DNA of 60,856 nucleotides, the filler included, from Sphacelaria rigidula (taxonomy: Eukaryota), in the NCBI GenBank assembly GCA_964200075.2. It is 10 parts of 10 records of this genome, joined end to end, with 100 filler letters (N's around TTAATTAATTAA, not from the genome) between each part and the next. Parts side by side here need not be neighbours in the genome. Positions count along the whole stretch, not along the records: positions 6,097 to 12,092 come from CAXNAA020022929.1; positions 12,193 to 18,188 come from CAXNAA020022930.1; positions 18,289 to 24,284 come from CAXNAA020022931.1; 7 more parts are not named here. One strand, given 5' to 3'. Below, one piece after another: positions 12,030 to 24,284 of this stretch. Position 1 is the stretch's first letter, and every line of letters starts with the position of its first letter. Both the position numbers and the translations under genes were made by a program. The notes beneath the pieces are model-generated. The model was given only the letters and a program-made list of their open reading frames with translations. It was not told the DNA's origin and ran no database searches.

Positions 12030-12092
12030 GTAAGCCGTGGCTGTCTCTCGACGTGGCGATACCAGAAAATGAAGCAACTCATTGTAGGCTGT
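12030..12092 (+). repeat. Dispersed repeat at a contig end (second copy about 36400-36476)
   Basis: AAGCCGTGGCTGTCTCT.GA.GTG.CGATACCA...AAT.AAGCAACTCATTG is shared with 36424-36476. Both copies run into a contig end. Confidence 0.75.
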
Positions 12093-12786
12093 NNNNNNNN
12101 NNNNNNNNNNNNNNNNNNNNNNNNNNNNNNNNNNNNTTAATTAATTAANNNNNNNNNNNNNNNNNNNNNNNNNNNNNNNNNNNNNNNNNNNNGCACGAGT
12201 GCCACGAGTAACACTCGTGCTCGTCCGACGTATGGAAAATTCCAAGTTTAGATATCTCTAAGTAAGAAAGAAGACCACACAGAGTCCAAGGAGGTGCCCT
12301 CGCCACTAACTAAAACGAGTACTTTGCGACGCAAGTCAAAGGCAGGTGTACCCCTCAATCAACGTTATACCGAATGAGTATCTCACACACTGGGATGATT
12401 ATTTTTCATCCCGGTTTCACGCGGTAGGTATACATGGCTATTATCCAGACGAGGGACTTCTTCTCACTTGTTTCCAGGTTGATTGATCCTCGCTCGTTGC
12501 TCTCTCGTATTGGGTTCATCTCCGATACCTGCTGAAATAATTTTTCATCGTTGATACCGTAATCCTAAATGTCCGTATGTTGTGACCATGCTAACACACT
12601 TCATCAAGTACGTCCCTATTGCCGACTTGCTCGCGGTATCCCTACTCCCCAGGTGGCTACCCCTGCTGGCACCGTTTCCTTTGCTTACCGCGCTGCCCGT
12701 GTTGCAGCGATCGCCTGTATTCACGCCGTGGCTACTGTTCTGTACCTCTGTACTACCTTGGTGCAATGCATTGGTGTCATCATTTC

Positions 12787-15700
12787 GATTGTCGCACTTC
12801 AACTGACCCCCCAGGGATCCAGCCGTGGTCGCACGATAAGCGTACCCGAGACACAAAAAACTGGAACCCTCGCTGAAGAGGGAGAAGGGAGGTAGAACAG
12901 AACGACATAGATCAAAACGTACGAAAAGACGAAATAACAGAAAAAAACAAATAAAAGGAGAGAAAAAGCACCGAAGGAAACGGCTGATCTCTGCCACACC
13001 GCTTCACCGTACAAAATCTTGCCCGAAACCACGCTCATACCCAGTCGTGGGAAACAAAACACCGTGGAGAGGAAAATATTGCAGCTCATCTACTACAAGC
13101 GCCCCATTTAGGGTATGGGCCTTCTCATCTACGACGAAACACAATAAAGTGAGGTACCACATTGCTCTGGCATACACCGGCAGGAAAGAACACACATATA
13201 TATAGACAAAGATGGGAATGAGGGAGAACAGGAAGGAGACTACAGAAGTGACGCCAAAAAAAGCAAGAAGAAGGGCAGCAGGGTAGATACAGACACACAC
13301 CAGGGAGCGCCGCAAAGCCACCGACTAAGGATACCATCAATCACCGATATGAGGTGACAGGATTCTTCGATTGGCGGCCCTCGACGCAACAGCCTTTCGT
13401 TTGTGACGGCGGTCCGATCCTCGTTTTTCCGCGCGTCGCCACGCATTCTCCAACTCTTCCGCTTCCTTTTGTGGCCCCAATATGCCATTTGCCCACGTTC
13501 TTCGTCGCAGAAACCTGATCGTATGCATCGCTAACCTCTACACCGTAGACGAACCGTTTCCGTCGTGCTCCTCTGTGCAGGACAGCCCATAGTGCATGTA
13601 GGTTCTCCTAGAGGTGTTCCTCCCATTGCTTGAGGGGGCGGCCGGCCTCCTTGGGTTCTCGTGCGGTTAACCGTCCGTTCATGATGCGTTTAGGAAGGCG
13701 TGTGCCCTTCTACCGGACAAGAGCTACCGAGGGCCAGAGTTGACGTTTGCGGATAGTCATCTCGACACGCTCGCAGTTGGTCATCTCGAGCACCGCTCTG
13801 TACGAAAGAGTCTTGTAGCCATTCCGATCTGCCCTGCGGAATCCAACAACTCGCAGCAAGAGCTTGTGATGGATAGTCCGCAGACTGTCGAAGTCCTTAG
13901 AACGTCACGTCCACGTGATACATCCCTACGACAGAGCTTCTACCACCTCCACTTTGAGCAGCCAAACTTTCAAGGATAGCTCGGCGTTTGGTCGGTCGTA
14001 GAGTTGGGAGCTATATTTTCGGATACGCGCCCACGCCGCGCTGATACGGCGGTTGATTTCGATTGAGTTTTCGCATCCGCGCTGATAGCACAACCGAGGT
14101 GAACGAACTTCCCCGTCTGCTTATCCTGTTGACCGGCAGCTTTGATGTCCAGCGCCTCCGTGGGACTGGGTACTGACCACAGGCGCATTGACTCCGTCTT
14201 GCTCTCGGAAACCATCAGACCGAATTCCTGGCGGGTCACCACCATCATAGGCATCATTCGGGCAAGACCTTCTGAGGTCCTCGAGACTAGCCGGCGTCGT
14301 CCGCATGGAGCATTGTCCACACCGCGCGTCGCAATTTTCCCGGGGGGCGCCTTTTCCGGGGGTTCACCACCGTCACCTTTTGACGTATGATCTGGGAATA
14401 CCAAGTCTACAACGATGACAGGGTCCGCCGCGAGCCCCTGAAGGATCACGTTGACGAAGGCTGCTCCGAAAATATTTCATAAAAGCGGGGACGAAACGCA
14501 ACCTTGTCTGAGTCCCTGGCAGACGTGGAACCACGCTGATAGTTCGCCACCATCTACCTGTACCCGAGCACTCATGCCGTCGTGAAACATACGGGTGATC
14601 GTGATCATTCGCGGCGGGACTCCGAACCGAGCAAGCACTTCCTACAGAAGCGTGCGGTCTGCGAAATCATAGGCTTTCTGCAGATCGATAAAACGCATGT
14701 TTAGTGGGACATTGCTTGCCCGTCCCAACTCCTGGACTCGGTGTCCTACGAACATGATGTCTGTGGTCGATCTTTGGGGCACAAATTCGTACTGCTCGTG
14801 CGGGAAGACATCTGTTTCCTAAAGAAAATTACCGAGCCTGTTGACTACGATTTCGAGGAGAATTTTTGCAGAATGTGCCACAAGTGAAATGCCTCTGTAG
14901 TTACCACGCTCGTTTTTTGTTTTTTCTTTGTGCAGCACTTTGATAGTGACATTTTTCCATTCCTGCGGCACCTCACCAGATGTCCAAACCACAGAGACGA
15001 TCCTGTGGAAGTGGTACAGAATTTCCGGCGCCTACCCGTTCATACCGGTTGCTTTACCGTACGACAGTGCTCTCAGGGCCTCCTCAGCTTCACATGGCCT
15101 TGGCGGGTCTCCTAGTGGCAGCGCCTTTGGTCGTTGTGCAATCTTCTCGATGACGGTTCGGTCGATAGTTGCCGATATGGCGTTCAGCAATGGAGAGAAG
15201 ATCCGTTCCCATCTCTGACTGAATACACCTTCGCCCCGCAATATATTGCCTTCCCCATCTCGAATGTACTGCTCACTCTCGATTGGTCGCCCAGACAATC
15301 TCCACCTTCCTTGGAGGTGTCTGTACCATCCTCCCAGGTCCTCCGTCTAGGTATACTCCTCCAACTCTCTAGCATACGCATCCATATATTTGTCCACCCC
15401 CACTTGGATCATCTCCTTCCCCTTTTTGCATGCTGCTCGCAATGTGCGCCATGTAGGTTCATCACGTGATGGTTCCAGTAGCACCGTTGATCCTGCCTTT
15501 TCCCTTTCATTCCAGGCCTGTTCGAACTGCGTTCGGATGGCAGCATCCTCGAACCACCCCGGTATACGTGGCTTTCGGGTCAGACGGTGTAACACCTTTT
15601 CAGCGGCACTCAAGAGTATATCGGCAAAGTTTTTACGAGCTGGGCCAGCAGTAAATCCCGCATTTGCAGGTCACAGCATAACTCATCAAGTTTTCCAAAT

Positions 15701-17400
15701 CAACCCGACTTGAGTATATCGGTGTGGACTGCAGACCAGCCTGGTAACGCACGGCACCGCCGCTGAATGAAGAAATAGTCGGGGAAAATATACTGCATAA
15801 TGTATGAACTTACCGACAGAACAAGAAAAAAATCGGTTGGGATCCGAACTCGTGACCTCCATAACTGAGGTGTCCGGTAGTACTTGGATTAAAGGGGTGC
15901 AGCGATGTCACACAAAAAGTGTCCAGCTAAATCGAATCTCAGGCATTATTTGGCCGAAATTCCACCAGGATCTCCTGCACACAAGTACGCACAACAACAC
16001 GAGGGATGCCGATCGATTTCTTTTATTTTCACAGAGTTATGTGATTTTGTCAGTTATGCAAAAACTCCAGATTGCTCTCATTTCCCGTTTTCATTTTTCG
16101 TGACATCCCGCGTAGTGTTGTGCGTTTTGATAAAAATGTCGTGCCAAAAATTGAGCGCCTAACTTCTCGAATTACCCACACCTGGGCCCGGAAACATAAA
16201 AAAAATTCCCTGAAAGCTGGCCCGGCTCATAACCATTGGACTCACTGTATCGCCAGGTATACTCTGGTTGAGCTCGCTGATGATGAGCTGGGTGAGCTGC
16301 TGACGTCTGTCGGGGTCAGATATTGTTGCCTGTCTGTCGATCGATGTAAACCCAATTGGGATTTGTCGAGGTCTGTTGTATACAAAGCGACCAAGAAGCC
16401 ATACTGAGGCGCACACGATGTTGTGGTCGGAGTCCGGCGAATTTGGGGGTTTAAGGTGGACGGTGACATTACGAACAAGCCTGCGGTGATCTTGCCGTGT
16501 AAGGATGTAGTCAATGCTTTTTTTGTCCGCGGGGCGATTCGCAACGCCGTTGGACGTACGCGAAGTTTTTACCTTGGGAGTGGAAAAGAACATGTTGACC
16601 AAGGCAAGCCTGTTGTCGCCTCCAAATTGTGTCAGAGATGTAGTTTATGTCCTTGGATCGAGAGTCCCGGCCGTATGCTCCCACAACTTTACGTTCCTCC
16701 TCGCCTGTTCGTACTCAAGTCCTCGCGTGTATCGAAATAAATAGCTGATGCTTGTGGGGGATTCGGTTCACAATGCTGTCAAACTCAGTCCAGGACACAC
16801 CCCTCTCTTCTCTCGGCTGTGGAGTGTCTGTAGGGGCATATGAAACTATAAACGTTACATCACTTGATGTACCCGCGAGGTTGAAAGTCGTCGACATGAG
16901 GCTTTCACTGATGAGTGCCTGAGTTTACGTCGCCTTGCTGATGATCGACTCCTGGACCACCAACCCAACCCCATGCTGCCCAGCCCTTCCCTTGCCCCCC
17001 TCCACCCGCAACAGAAGACACGATATCCCGCCGCACGAAATTAGGTTCGACCTTGTCTCCTCGTTTCCTGTAGTCCGATGACTTCACGTCCGACCGCCTG
17101 ACATTTTTTCAGGGCCAGATCAGCATGGCCAACTCCGTTCTTTCCCGTGAGGGACAGTCTACGGACGTTATAGGTCGCCACTACGAGTTCCCCAGTACGC
17201 GACCTAGCTCTAGTCTTGTCTATTATCACGTGTCTTTCTTTTTGCTCTGCTCTCCTCCTTGGTCTGTTTCGCCTCCTACTTTCACGGGCGAGCTTTTTTC
17301 TGTTCCGATTTTGCTTTGGCACGTCTGTCACGATACTTGCCTTGCTTGTAGGTCCCGCGGGGAGGGTGCAGCCTTCGCATCCCGCGTTGGCCGCTATCCC
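12787..17400 (-). mobile_element. Decayed non-LTR retrotransposon (LINE, RTE-like) with APE endonuclease and RT
   Basis: APE: LVVATYNVR, VIGLQETR, IVSYAPT, IDYILTR, DSDHNIV. RT: NYRGISLVAHSAKIL, FIDLQKAYD, ARFGVPPRMI...FHDGM, GLRQGCVSSPLL, MLHADD. Many stops and frameshifts. The 5' end is approximate. Confidence 0.92.
15636..16229. mobile_element. 594-bp MITE (CGAGCTGG family, TA TSD) nested in the LINE ORF
   Basis: TA|CGAGCTGGGCCAGC ... GCTGGCCCGGCTCA|TA. Removing it plus one TA restores the LINE frame (...TVSPMVKNFADILLSAAEK...). Confidence 0.88.
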
Positions 17401-17678
17401 CAGTCCACCGAATCTGGTACTTACTCACATATGTCTCATCTCCATCAATGTACTTTCCGTCACAGTGTCTCAACGCCGGGTAAAAATATTACACTCTATT
17501 AATATGGAACTTTCTTTCTATCTGCGTCGTAGCCTCGCAAGAATGCATGACGTCCGAGCGGCCAGCGGCAATCCAACTACTACTGTGATAGTCGTGCACC
17601 AGTAACGGTACGTCGCAGTAACCTCGAATTCGGTAGGCCGCATAGAGGGAAATGTACCAATCAAGATACAGAGCCAAT

Positions 17679-18188
17679 TAAGATACAAGTTTTTTTAATA
17701 GTTCATATCTCCGCGAAATGTTAACCGTTTTCCGTTCTGTTTTTTTTTGCGTATGCACAAGAGCACGGCGCTTTGTTTGAGCTATTGAATGTGTCTCAAG
17801 CATCCGATTACGTAGTCTTACAGAACTGCGAGTAAGCGGGTATGTGTCATCCTCCAAAATCAGCTTTTTGGTCGATCGGCTGCTAAGCATGCAGAGAGCA
17901 GAACGTGCAGCACAGGCCGTATAAGCGGTACACAGTGGTCGTCCTAGCTTCCGTGCTGCAGCTACGACCGTTGACATCTCCGTCGGTGCACTTCAGAAGC
18001 GTATGAGTGGTAGCGTGGGCATAGCTGGCAGGGGTGTTCCACACACTGCACTGACGACCGAGAAAGAACACTTCATCAAAGATACGCTAAAGTTTGCCAA
18101 GATACAAGTTCTTTCAATCGTCCATAACTCCGCGAAATATTGATCGTTTTCCATTCTGTCTTTTGCTGCGTGTGCACAAAAGCACGGC
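17679..18188 (+). repeat. Imperfect ~90-bp direct repeat (17679-17768 and 18099-18188)
   Basis: AAGATACAAGTT..TT.AAT.GT.CATA.CTCCGCGAAAT.TT.A.CGTTTTCC.TTCTGT...TGCACAA.AGCACGGC occurs twice, about 420 bp apart. Confidence 0.75.
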
Positions 18189-20502
18189 NNNNNNNNNNNN
18201 NNNNNNNNNNNNNNNNNNNNNNNNNNNNNNNNTTAATTAATTAANNNNNNNNNNNNNNNNNNNNNNNNNNNNNNNNNNNNNNNNNNNNCTTGAACAAAGT
18301 GGGTGATAGCGTATATCCTTGTGCAACTCCTTGTAAGATATCGAAATATTGCGATATTTCTCCATGAATGGGAGGGGGGGGGGCAGGGACGCTACGCATG
18401 ACGCCGTGTTATTCTGCACATCGCAGCTCTACGAAGCTACTATCCAGTGTAAAAGATGCGTGAACGTTGCCTGTGCTGTGATATTATGAATCCGAAACTG
18501 TCTTCAGGACAACTGTTACGATTCCGTATTTGACTTGAAAATTACTGAGGAATGTGTGTTTTGCCCCGAAATATCGGGTCGGAGGGGGGGGGGGGGGGGG
18601 GGGAAGCTACGGGGGGAGAGTGTTTTCGCTCGGGGTGTAGGTACCCAATTTTGTCCCTATCANNNNNNNNNNGGGGGGGGGGGGGGGGGGTGGGGGCGGG
18701 CATCGCTCCTGGGAGATGAAGTTATGACCTCTCGTGATGTATGCCAATTTTGGTCCTCACGTAGATACGTTTTGTCATTTTTTGGTCGGCTGTAAGGTCT
18801 CCGTGCAGCACCCATGCGGGGTGGACGGATTTCTATGCATCTGTGCTCGTTGCTCATACCTACACCCAGCAGCAATGCAACTACTTTCAGCGCCTAGCAA
18901 TTGCTTTCGTGCTCCTCATGCAGCTTTCACCAAGCTGCGACGAGCTGGAGCTGGGCAGAAGTATTCTCGTGACCTGGGACGCTTGTCTCTTCTCCCGACG
19001 GAGACTTCCCGAAGGGAAAGGGCTCTTCGAGGGCTTGCACCGGTGAGCCTGTGCGTGTGCATGTGACCCTCGACGGTTTTGTATCGGATTACTGCACATT
19101 TGCCTGCTTATAACCTCTTCAGCGCCAGACCTGTTTCAGAACAGTAGTGCTGCCAAAAGACTGTGCATTACAATGGCGCGTGTAGTGTGTTGGGTGGTAC
19201 CGCGCAGTGCAACGAGGGCAGGATTGCTTGTGGCCAACTGGATAGCTCATGGCAGCCGGACTGTCAGCTACTTTCCCGTGACCGACGCGTGTTATCAGCT
19301 GTCACGTTAACCCTATACCCTTCGACAGCCCGGGCGTGTCGATCTTCTTAATTGTCATGAGGTTCACTAGACAACTGTCAGGCTAAATGGGGGCGCTCAA
19401 AGGGTTCGTAACATCAGACGTTGCCGAAAGCACGCAAGCTACCCATCTACCCAAGGCTTGGTAGCACAGCACCAAGAGAGCCGCTGACACTGCCCACAAG
19501 GCAGCTGTAGCGGTTTCGAAGGTGCCCGCATGATAAATGATCAACACGTTGCACCTGCTATAAAATAGATGTTTCGGGTACCAGAACCGAGAGCGGGCAG
19601 GGAGTCGCACATCTCAGTTCTAGCACTCCCCCCTGCCCCCCCACCGCTCTAAAGCAGAGTGAAGTTCGATGCATGGAGCAGCACAAGGAGTGATCGAATG
19701 CACACGGACACTCGTTGTATGGCGTGCCTGTTGGTGCAACCTTAGTAAAGATGAGGAGGAGCGCCAGTAGGCAGCGCCCCATTGCACACGGGGACGAGAA
19801 TACGATGCAGACGAGCGTCGATCGGGTGCACTTTGGATGGGCATTGCCAATACACTATTTAGCAGCAATCATCCCAACGCTACAGGCGAAGCTCGGCGCA
19901 TATTGTTGATCTGTAGTGTTCAGCACTCATGACTCGCGGTCCAAGTCAAGAGTATGACTCGAGTGCAAGATTATAACTCAATCACAACACAACGCTCGCC
20001 ACCTCGTAGAAGCGCGTCTGCTGAACCACGCAGGACTCGTCACTTTTAAACTCACGGAAAGCTTACTCAGGTCCTGCACGATGCGGAATATATTTTGTAC
20101 ACCGGATGGTAACACGCCTCGCGTGAAGAACACTGACGTCAGTGCTTTCTATTTTACACTAGAGTAGAAAATGACTCTGGTGGAGGGACCCGAGTAACCA
20201 TGTTTTAAAATTATGTACAAGAGTCCGAGACATTAACAGGCTTGCTTAGCACTCTAAATTCCCGAAGCTGCGCGCGTGTGATATTAGGGCAATATCGTAC
20301 TGTCATTTGACTACGGAGTACGTACACGCTGAAAAATTGGTGGATGGATTGCCATCTGCCTAGTTCCTCAAGCAATGTCGAATAGGAGCGATGTATTTTA
20401 GTGAGACCAATTGTTGTCGGCTGCCGAAGAACCGGCATAAGTCTACGCGACAATTTTCAGCACCTCAGTAGCTTTGCTATCTTCACGCCGGACCCTCGCC
20501 AG

Positions 20503-20834
20503 GTGCCCGCCGACGACCGCGCCCAGGAAGTTGGATATGCCGCGGGTTTCATGCTGCTTGTGGGTTCCGATTTCTCGTGGGAAGGAGTGGGACAGGTGAT
20601 GCACTATGACACCACCATTCCCACTATCATCGGAGCCATCACAGCTGCTGCAGTGGCGTTTGATGTGTGGAAACAATCGGGCTCGAGCTCAAATATGATT
20701 CTCAACGGGTTGAACAGGATGTTCCTGAAGGATGTCGAGCGAGAGAGCCGGGCCGAAGCGGGGGGATTCTTGTCCGCTTATTTCACCGGTTTGCCGTGTT
20801 TCCCGTTCCAGCCCAGTGCGGTTGAAGCCCTGAG
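20503..20834 (+). CDS. Internal exon of an M41/FtsH-protease-domain-like membrane protein (VIR3-type family) with a degenerate HEXXH motif
   Basis: CCAG|GTG...CTGAG|GTGCGC. Two hydrophobic segments followed by ERESRAEAGGFLSAYFTGLP, which aligns by eye with the family motif R...HEAGHFL.AYLLG.P. Confidence 0.6.
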
Positions 20835-21070
20835 GTGCGCATGAGTTTTGCTGTACACACCTGGGTACCATTGTGCAGGAACGTCTTGCTATTCATTTCC
20901 ATTTGTCCTTACGTTCGTTTTGTTGAGAATAGGGGCTTGAACTATTTACGTACCCAAGCAATATTCAGTAGCATCGATGGTCTTATTACTGTAGTCGTAG
21001 CAGGTGTTATACTGCGTCACAACGAGAAAGTTGTCTCGATACTTTCCGGAAGCACAATTTATAATAATAC

Positions 21071-21392
21071 GTCATGCTACGATATGGGGGGAGGGTATTT
21101 TGGGCTTTTTTCTTCCACGAAATTCTACTTGAAATCGTCGTGAATAGCAGCAACGGTTTTTCGAACGCGCTTGCTTCCGATAAATAGCGCTCGTTCATAC
21201 CTCTTGACACCGCTTTTTCCCAAATACAAGCGCACCGCGAGTGTGTTAGGTCGTCTGAAGCATTTATGAGCCCATTTTTTCGTGGAATCAGACACCCCCC
21301 CCCCCCCGATCTTTACNNNNNNNNNNCACGCATTTTGGAGCCCATCTTTTCTTTGAATCCAGATCCCCCCCCCCCCCCTATCGTAGCACGAC
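21071..21392. mobile_element. Small MITE-like element with ~20-bp TIRs
   Basis: GTCATGCTACGATATGGGGG at the left vs CCCCCCCTATCGTAGCACGAC at the right. TSD unclear; internal N run. Confidence 0.55.
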
Positions 21393-22065
21393 TCATGTAC
21401 ATACGTATTTGTATGAGGACACAATTGCCACCATGTCCTCGAGCTATAATAGCTGAGAACGTCCACACAAGTAGACAATCCAAGAAAATTCCTTGCGGAA
21501 CCGGAATTTTAGTCGCGGTTCTAGTACTGCTGTACGCTATAGTACACATCCTAGAAAATACGAGAGCGTCAAAAGTACAGTGCTGTAGGTATGGGGGACA
21601 CAGCCTTCGAGAGGATCGGCGCACTGAAGGCACCAGGGGTGCCATAGCAGCACGCAAGGCGACGAAAGACCAAGAGCAGCCCCACGCTGTTCACACTCGT
21701 CTACTCTCCGATCCTTCCGTCGTCAGTTTTCAGTATCCCCCTGACTTTCGACACAGTCCATTGTTCAAGTTTTGTTGGTCCCATGCGCCGTTTTTAACAT
21801 CTTCCTGTGTCGTGCATTCTGTACGCTCCTCTCTGTTAGCTCAATTGCTACTAGCGTCAGCCGTTGCGACCACGCCAGGTCGTATCGTGACATGCACCAA
21901 TGCGTCACACAAGTATAGTGGTTTCATAATATCACCTTAGACTGCAAGCAACTCGCTGGAGTATGAGAGCAGTTTCAGAATGAGCCCACCTCGAAACTGG
22001 GGCATCGTGTACCGTCCTGTACTGTGTTGTATTCACACACATGTGGGCGTCAAATATCCCTGCCT

Positions 22066-22066
22066 C

Positions 22067-22099
<33 letters not shown>
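22066..22099 (+). repeat. (TTG)n microsatellite
   Basis: About 11 direct TTG units. Confidence 0.95.
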
Positions 22100-24230
22100 C
22101 TTCACATTAAAAACTGTTCCGACATCTGCGCGGTACATTGATACTCGGCATCTGATGCGCACGCCTTCCGTGGTCACAGGCTAGCAAAAAAAAAGAAAAA
22201 AGATCCAGACTAAAACTCACAAAACGCGATACAAGCAAAAAACAGGGATGAATAATAAAGAAGAAAGAAAATACATATGGCTAACCTCAGAAGATCCGGG
22301 CCGCAGGTGGCCATTCGGACTTCAGGGGGTGGCGCCCGACTTTCCAACTCGACGCGCGATGCCAAGTAGAAATGAACACAGGGTCCGACTACAGGCGAGA
22401 CTCAGGGCCCCAAATACCGCCAACCAAAGAACTAAGAGTCGCAACGTTCCATCTTTCGGCCTCTCGAGGGAAAGCCATACGTACAAGCATACCAGATGTA
22501 TCAAGACAAGCACTACATGACATAACGACACCCCTCATCGGGGGGTCTGCACACCATAAACACACTACCTGAAACCTAATTTGGTAGAATCTATTTTTTG
22601 GCTGCCAGATCTGCAAACCTGGAACTGCAGCGGTGAGCTGGTGTGACTCTACACACTTCTGCCCAAGCTCGTTGCATTCAGAACAGGAGGAAGGATCCTG
22701 AGCTCGGTGCTGCCTTGCCGCCCTACTGTGTACCGCCATCTTGTCTGTATGGTACTCTCTGTACGCATACCAACGTATTTGTAGAGGTCGGGTATTTTTG
22801 CCATCAAACACGAACGACGAACCTGACTTTGCAAGAGAAAGCAAACTGTTACGTTGGCAAAGCTGCGATACGGGAACTATGTCCATGAGCTAGGTGGTTT
22901 GAGTCTACAAATCCTAATGCTCATAGGGAAGCTGTTGGCATTCAGGGTTGGGGGAGGGCACTAAGCTCGGCGAGTGTCTTGCTGTAGTGTACTGTGCCAC
23001 TACAGCACAGCACAGTACAGTGGTCCAGTTTCGTCAAAACCCCTGCCCATGAAAGGCACCCGATGGTGATGTATCCGTAGCCGGCATAGCATCAAATTGT
23101 GCCTCGAAGCCACCGCAACCCGCCATGGGCATATATTCAAGAATCTGTGTAGCCGACAACAACGGCGCAGGAAGAGGGCCACACGTCCCGCGGAGGTCAC
23201 GGTTCCTGTATGCAAACTTTGGCGTTGAATCGCCGCAACGGGGTGCACTAGCAGCGACCGTTGTAATGGAAACCGGGGTCGTGGATATTGGGAAGGTTGA
23301 CACACAGTGGAGAGAGCTCACGGGGCAGCACCTTTTCTGGAGAAGTGACGTCAAGCGTGCGCAAGACGCGGCGAGGCACTACCGGTTCATGTATGACCCA
23401 TCATTGTGAAATCTGCGGGAGAAAAGCAAGGGACTATAGCCACGACTCTGAAGGACAGCCACGGCCTATTCCGTATGGAGCCTGTATAGGCGCTAGTGAA
23501 GCTCCCCAGTCAAGCGGCTGACTGCGTATCCCACGGCGATGCCTTTTGTGTAGCAAGGCACGGGGGACGGTGTGATACCGTCGATATGAGAATATAAACG
23601 GTATATAGCTATTCCATCAGCTTCTTACGCGAGCGTTCCCGTTATACGCCCTAGGTACGTCCACCTGGTGACCACGGCTGAGATCGTAGCGGATAAGGTA
23701 ATGGCCGATAACCAACCGAACAATCGGTCATCGGGTCGGCTGGGCTGTTGCTGACTGACCACAAAATCGACACTGGCGTGGATGCATGGCCGCTTGGTGA
23801 CAGTAGACTTATCTTTGTTGGAGCTACGCCATGAGCGTGTCGAACATGGAAAGGGAAGCGTCGCCGACGGAAGCATCGCTGATGCTGTCGAAACTTCGGT
23901 CGCATGCGTTCGGAGGGAGATAATGTCGTGCCAAGCATTGGGTACTGCAACCCCCTGGTCTATTCGAGGGTCGAGTCGCGCCTTCTGACGGTGGCTGGCG
24001 TCGTTCAAGACCAGCCACGCGCGTTGGTGCAAGTATCGCCAATTGTGCAGCGAGAGTTCTCCACAGGTGCGATTTACGGGACGAGCGTCGCAGTTGGGAC
24101 CAACACCGTACATCATAGTATACACCACACATCATAGTACATGAAGCGTGTTCCACTGGAAAGTCTTCGCCATGGGCCGTTGGCAGGACAGGTTGCGAGC
24201 CATGCTACGAAAGGAGAGGGGGGGAGGGGG

Positions 24231-24284
24231 GGGGCGTACTCATTTGTTGCTTGCCTTAGTCGTTTGAACATTGGCCGAGCACAC
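24231..24284 (+). repeat. Dispersed repeat (second copy about 36665-36715)
   Basis: GCGTACTCATTTGTTGCTTGCCTTAGTCGT.TGA.CATTG follows a G-rich run at both sites. Confidence 0.75.

Noticed and set aside
17320..17420. HDV-like ribozyme at the LINE 5' end (CCC-UCCCCGC-GGG on the minus strand resembles P3/L3)
   Set aside because: I could not find matching P1, P1.1 or P2 partner strands. An Infernal/RNArobo search on the family consensus would be needed.
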